A stretch of 64,000 nt of DNA from Vicugna vicugna. Lineage: Eukaryota. Where the stretch lies: contig MU057989.1 of the NCBI GenBank assembly GCA_013265495.1, forward strand, positions 1,565,513 through 1,629,512, read 5' to 3'. The first letter of the stretch is position 1; each line of letters begins with the position of its first letter. Shown here in pieces: positions 59,901 to 64,000 of the stretch. The position numbers and the translations under genes are program-made. Under the pieces are notes generated by a model. It was not told where the DNA came from and ran no database searches. It worked only from the letters and a program-made list of their open reading frames with translations.

Positions 59901-61741
59901 GCCTGGATGGAGGTGGACCCAGTCTCCTAGGGAGAGCAAGCACAAGTCGTCAGGTCAGCCTGCCCGTGTGAGGCCCCAGTGAAAATAAAAATGGGAAGGT
60001 AAGGAACCTACATACCTCTTCACATATTTTCAACTTCTTTGTGATTGCCTGGTAACAGACAGCTGGCTATTAAAGAGGGACGGAAAAAACCACTTACTAA
60101 ACTGACCATTTAATCAGCCTTCATTACAATCTCCCTATTAAGGTTAGGCCTAACGTGGATGTTAACATCAAAAACTTATTTGGTGTCCAATTATACTCAA
60201 CTCCAAGTGACACATTAGAAGGTAACATGCATCACCTTATTCAGTTCTCATGCAGCTCTGCAAGGTTCTTCAAGTCTTGAGTCTGGAATTACAGAGCTGG
60301 TCAGCATAACCGGGCTTGGAGCCCAGATCTGTCCAACTCCAGAGTCACAGATTATCAGCAGATTCTACCAGGGCTCAGCCTCACCCACGGCCTGGCAGAC
60401 ACCTCTCCAGGGCTCATGGGAACTGCCTCCACCAGGCAGCATTGACTGCCTCGTGGATGGCCCACAGCTCTTGAGGTTTGGTTTCTGTCCTAAAAATCTC
60501 AAGGCAACCACAAATGTCTCAATCACACAGCCACTGAGTTTTAAGTTTTTTGGGGTTCGTTTTTAATCTTAACAATGGCTGATTCACGAGTGGTCCTCTA
60601 TGTGACTTGCTCTGGGCAGCCGTACAGGTGGAGTCTAACTTTTCAGACTAGGAGGGTGAGGTTTGAACAGAGCAGCACCCTGAACTCAGGTCAACCCCTG
60701 ACCAAGGATCAAGAACCTCAAAGAACAACTCACCTTCTCGGTTTGGCTGAGCAGGAAGTGATGGAAATGAGGGTCTGCATCTTTTACAGGCTGAAATCAG
60801 AAAAATGCTTAAATAAACAAGTTATCTTCCACCAAAGGTTATTTCCTTCGACCTGACAACTGGCCTCTCCTCTGGCTGAAATACCTCTGGGAGCTGGGCT
60901 CATTCTTCAAACTGCCTGGAAACTCGTCTCCTATTGTTGGTCTAAGCCTTTTATATACAATGCCCAGTCCAACTAGAGGAAAACTAGCTTCAAGTGGAAA
61001 AGAATGGATGTTTATGCCAGGTTGGTATATAAATTACTCCTAAATACTGTGTAAAAATATTTTAAAAGCCTACTAGTATTTTTGAAATTCAGCATTCACC
61101 AGTTCCTTCAGATGACCCAGTAGATCAAGCCAAATTCTCAGGACTCTTCCCCACTCTCGGGTTTTTGGCCCACTTGTGCTTGGTGTTAGACCCTTGAGTG
61201 TCTACACTTACTGAGGATTGATACTGACAGAGATGAGGTGGGAATGACTGCAGGACCTTCAAGGGCTTTTCATAAGCGTGCCTAGCACAGGGGAACAGCG
61301 TATCCACACCAAGGATAGAACAGTGTGCAGCCACCACCAAAGCTGAATACACAGTGAAAAGGTGTTTATAAAGTATCAAGTGAAAAAAATTTGCAGAATG
61401 ATCCCACTCTTGTGAAAACCAACACTATTTCCAATAGTAAAAACTGCACGAGTGTGTTTATATAAATGATGGTTAAGTGGGTGCGCTGAAGGGTCTGGGG
61501 CGAATTGTATCAAACTTAACGGTGAGTACCCCGAGGGTGGGATCTGTGCTTTTTACTCCATACACAAGAAAAGGGAGAAAAGGGAAAGCACACAGTCAGG
61601 CCAGGAAACCAGCTCCGAGGCAGGCTTGTCCTGGCCCACAGGAGAGCTCATTACCTCACTCACGGTTGGCTGCCATTTAAATGCGGCCATGGGTCCAGCC
61701 ATCATCCCCTTCACGGTACTAGACTCGGGGATGGTGAGATC
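48461..61741 (-). CDS. GLYR1: Glyoxylate reductase 1 homolog (NPAC/NP60), last 11 coding exons; 5' exons lie right of the window
   Basis: Exons 61655-61741, 60734-60790, 60016-60066, 59853-59926, 57261-57360, 53783-53893, 53023-53124, 52152-52314, 51657-51836, 51215-51339 and 48461-48535 (1125 nt, in frame). Contains [13 protein letters not shown] (LSD2-binding segment), [10 protein letters not shown] Rossmann motif and end AVYRAYIH*. Confidence 0.97.
49072..49188 (-). mobile_element. tRNA-derived SINE, long form
   Basis: ggtaattaggtttatttatt + gtactggggatcgaacccaggacctcatgcatgctaagcatgtgctctaccactgagctatacccc. Confidence 0.85.
49430..51170 (+). mobile_element. Old L1M fragment (ORF1 end / ORF2 endonuclease region), interrupted by MER20
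   Basis: Degenerate endonuclease motif VGDFNSPLS at about 50677-50705; A-rich L1 composition. Confidence 0.65.
55000..55612 (+). mobile_element. L1 3' end fragment with (CA)n tract
   Basis: aatgttcatagcagcatt...gcaacaacatggatggac...gtacacctgaaactaat...cttcaataaaaaac. Confidence 0.75.
58783..58939 (-). mobile_element. tRNA-derived SINE, long form
   Basis: gataattaggtttttatttattt + aatggaggtactggggactgaacccaggacc...ctctaccactgagctataccctcccc. Confidence 0.85.
59430..59598. mobile_element. MER5A hAT DNA transposon
   Basis: Terminal inverted repeats cagtggttct...agaaccactg. Confidence 0.7.
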
Positions 61742-64000
61742 CTACAGAGAAAAAGGCAGATCGTCAACACGCTGTGGCACCTCAGCGGCAGATGTCTTCC
61801 TGCCTCAATTGGGGAGCACCTCCTCACCGTTTTGCTTCCTTTGGTCACACTCCACCCCAAACTAGCCCTAGCCAGCTCCATGGTCTCCCAGGCACAGCCC
61901 TGATACTGTCCATCGGGAGAAACAGGGCAAGTCTTAATCAGCAGAGTGAGCCTTGCTCTTCTCTGATCCTGAAACAACAAATGTGTTCTTGTGCCAAATT
62001 TCACAAGGATGGAGGTAACCAGAAAGCCCAACTGTGGTCTGTAGTGTGATCAGCAGGTCACAGAGAAAGTTCCTTTTGGCAAATAATGAACATTAAGAAA
62101 CCAGTACTGGCTTCAAAAGGAATCCACGGTTGTCTCGAGAAAAAAAAGCTAAGAAAGCCACATGGTACAAGAAGAAGAACTGCCCAACATTTTATAGCTG
62201 TGAAGTGACAAAACCAGACTTAGAACCTGGGGTGGTCAGGAGCCAAGAGCCCAATGTCTCCCCAGAAAGAAGGAAGGAACTGTTTGGGCAGGAGAGTCAA
62301 GAGCTCAGTGGGGCATGTTGAGATCTCCAACAGACAGCCAAGTATTAGTGTCAGGAGAGCCACGGAGGCTGGAAGACAGCAAATGGGGAGAGGGCCACGA
62401 GGCCAAATCTGCGGCAGAAGGGCAGATTTGGAGCTTTCTCTCTAGATACCTGGCCCATGTAGAGATGTTCAGAAATACGAAGAGGCCTAGAGAGTACTGC
62501 CCCAGAGTAGTTTCTGGCAGGATGGACATGCTCTGTGTCTGTTCTGATGCAGTGGCCACTAGTCACAAGTCACTACGGAGCACCTGCTGTGTGGCCAGTA
62601 TGAATGAGAAGCCAGATTTTAAATCAGATTTAATGTAAGGTAATTTAAATGTAAATGGTCACCACTCTAGTGACTAAGGCCACAACAACAAAATGAGAGT
62701 AAGGGGAGAAGACAGCTCTTCATCCAGCACTAACCACAGGCCTTGACTCCTGAGTCCTTGCTCTCTGCACAAATCTGGATTTTAGGAGAGCCACGGAAGT
62801 TCCGCCCAGGTGATCGATGTCCAGAGTGGCACTGCTCCCACACAGAGTCTAGACACAAACTCAGCCTTTGCCTTCCCGCATGTAATCAACACCCTTGCCG
62901 TCAAGGTCAGCCTTGTCTGGTAATCCTCACGGGACAGGGGATTACGGCCCAGAATGGCAATCACCTAGGGCTCTGTCCAGTTATCAACCAGGCTACTGCA
63001 CTCTGCTTCAGAGAGGAGCTCACCAGCCAGATGACAATTACCACAGCAACACACACACTCTTTACGAGAAGAGTCTCTAACGGTAAGCCCGGCAGTGGCC
63101 CCTGGGGGCGCACTGAAACCACGACACTCACTGCACAACGGGCTCCTGCCAAAAACAATAAATGCTCAACATTCGTCCAACGTGTACTGTCGCAGGCACT
63201 GTCTTACGTGCTTTGCTTGTGTTACTCATGTGCTTGTGTTACTCATTTAATTCTTAGAACAACCTAAGAGGCAATGATCAGACAAGGAAACTAAGTCAAA
63301 GGTAGCTGGCCAAGGTCACACAGCAGTATTAAGTCATGGGTTCATGACTTTAAACTCAAGGCTCTCCCCCTAACCTCTCCTTTATACTTCCCTTTATCCA
63401 GAAAGAAGTGGTTTCTCTTCAGGGCAAGCACAGGAGTTGGTGAGATCCATGGTTTAAGATACCAGACAATACACACTGGGAAAACAGTATAAAACCTGAC
63501 AGCCTAGATTCCTGTGAGTCCCCAGGAAATCAATTCAATCAAATCGAATCAGATCAAATCCCCTGAAAAGCTTTCCTGCACTGCACCGGGCAGTTTCTAA
63601 ACTTTCTTGCCCTTTGGCTGGAGGTTTCCTGCGCTCACAGGGACCGGGCTGTCCCCACCACTACGTTTGCTCTCGTCTGCACCCTGTCTTAGGTCATCTA
63701 ACGGCGAGAAGGACCTTCTCTAACGCAGCGGTTGCACAGTGGCAGCTGACAGGCTGAATCTAGTCCAGAGAGGTGATCCTTTGGACCTAAAAGTGTTTTA
63801 AATATTTGAATTAGTGTCTAACATTTAAAATTAAACCACTTCACTTAAAAAATCTGTATTTCCAGCTTCTCTTGAGAAAAACCAGACGATTTCGCAAAAG
63901 TTGGCTGGAATCCTGAGGGAGGAGCACGGCCTCCCCAGACGTCCAGTCGCTGCCTCCCCTAATGCTCTCACCTCAACCTCCGGCTTGAGCACTGTCTTCC

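Overview
Mammalian genomic DNA, most likely a camelid (inferred from about 11 tRNA-Ala-derived SINEs resembling Vic-1). Gene order matches human 16p13.3: ZNF500 (5' part, minus), SEPTIN12 (complete CDS, minus), SMIM22 (complete, plus), ROGDI (complete, minus) and GLYR1 (last 11 coding exons plus 3' UTR, minus). All exon boundaries were traced by hand with GT/AG ends, and the reading frames close (SEPTIN12 361 aa, SMIM22 87 aa, ROGDI 287 aa). The accessory region between ZNF500 and SEPTIN12 holds a full-length but decayed class III (ERV-S-like) provirus at 8995-15451 on the minus strand. It has paired LTRs, a tRNA-Ser PBS, gag, an in-frame TAG, pro-pol and a gamma-type env. The env N-terminus appears to be supplied by a spliced leader encoded in the LTR/PBS. 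The provirus splits an orphan CpG-island promoter and sits among solo LTRs and an L1 with a 3' transduction. There are four N gaps. No CRISPR arrays, rRNA or true tRNA genes were found. Repeat family names come from recalled consensus similarity, not a database search, and many repeat boundaries are approximate.
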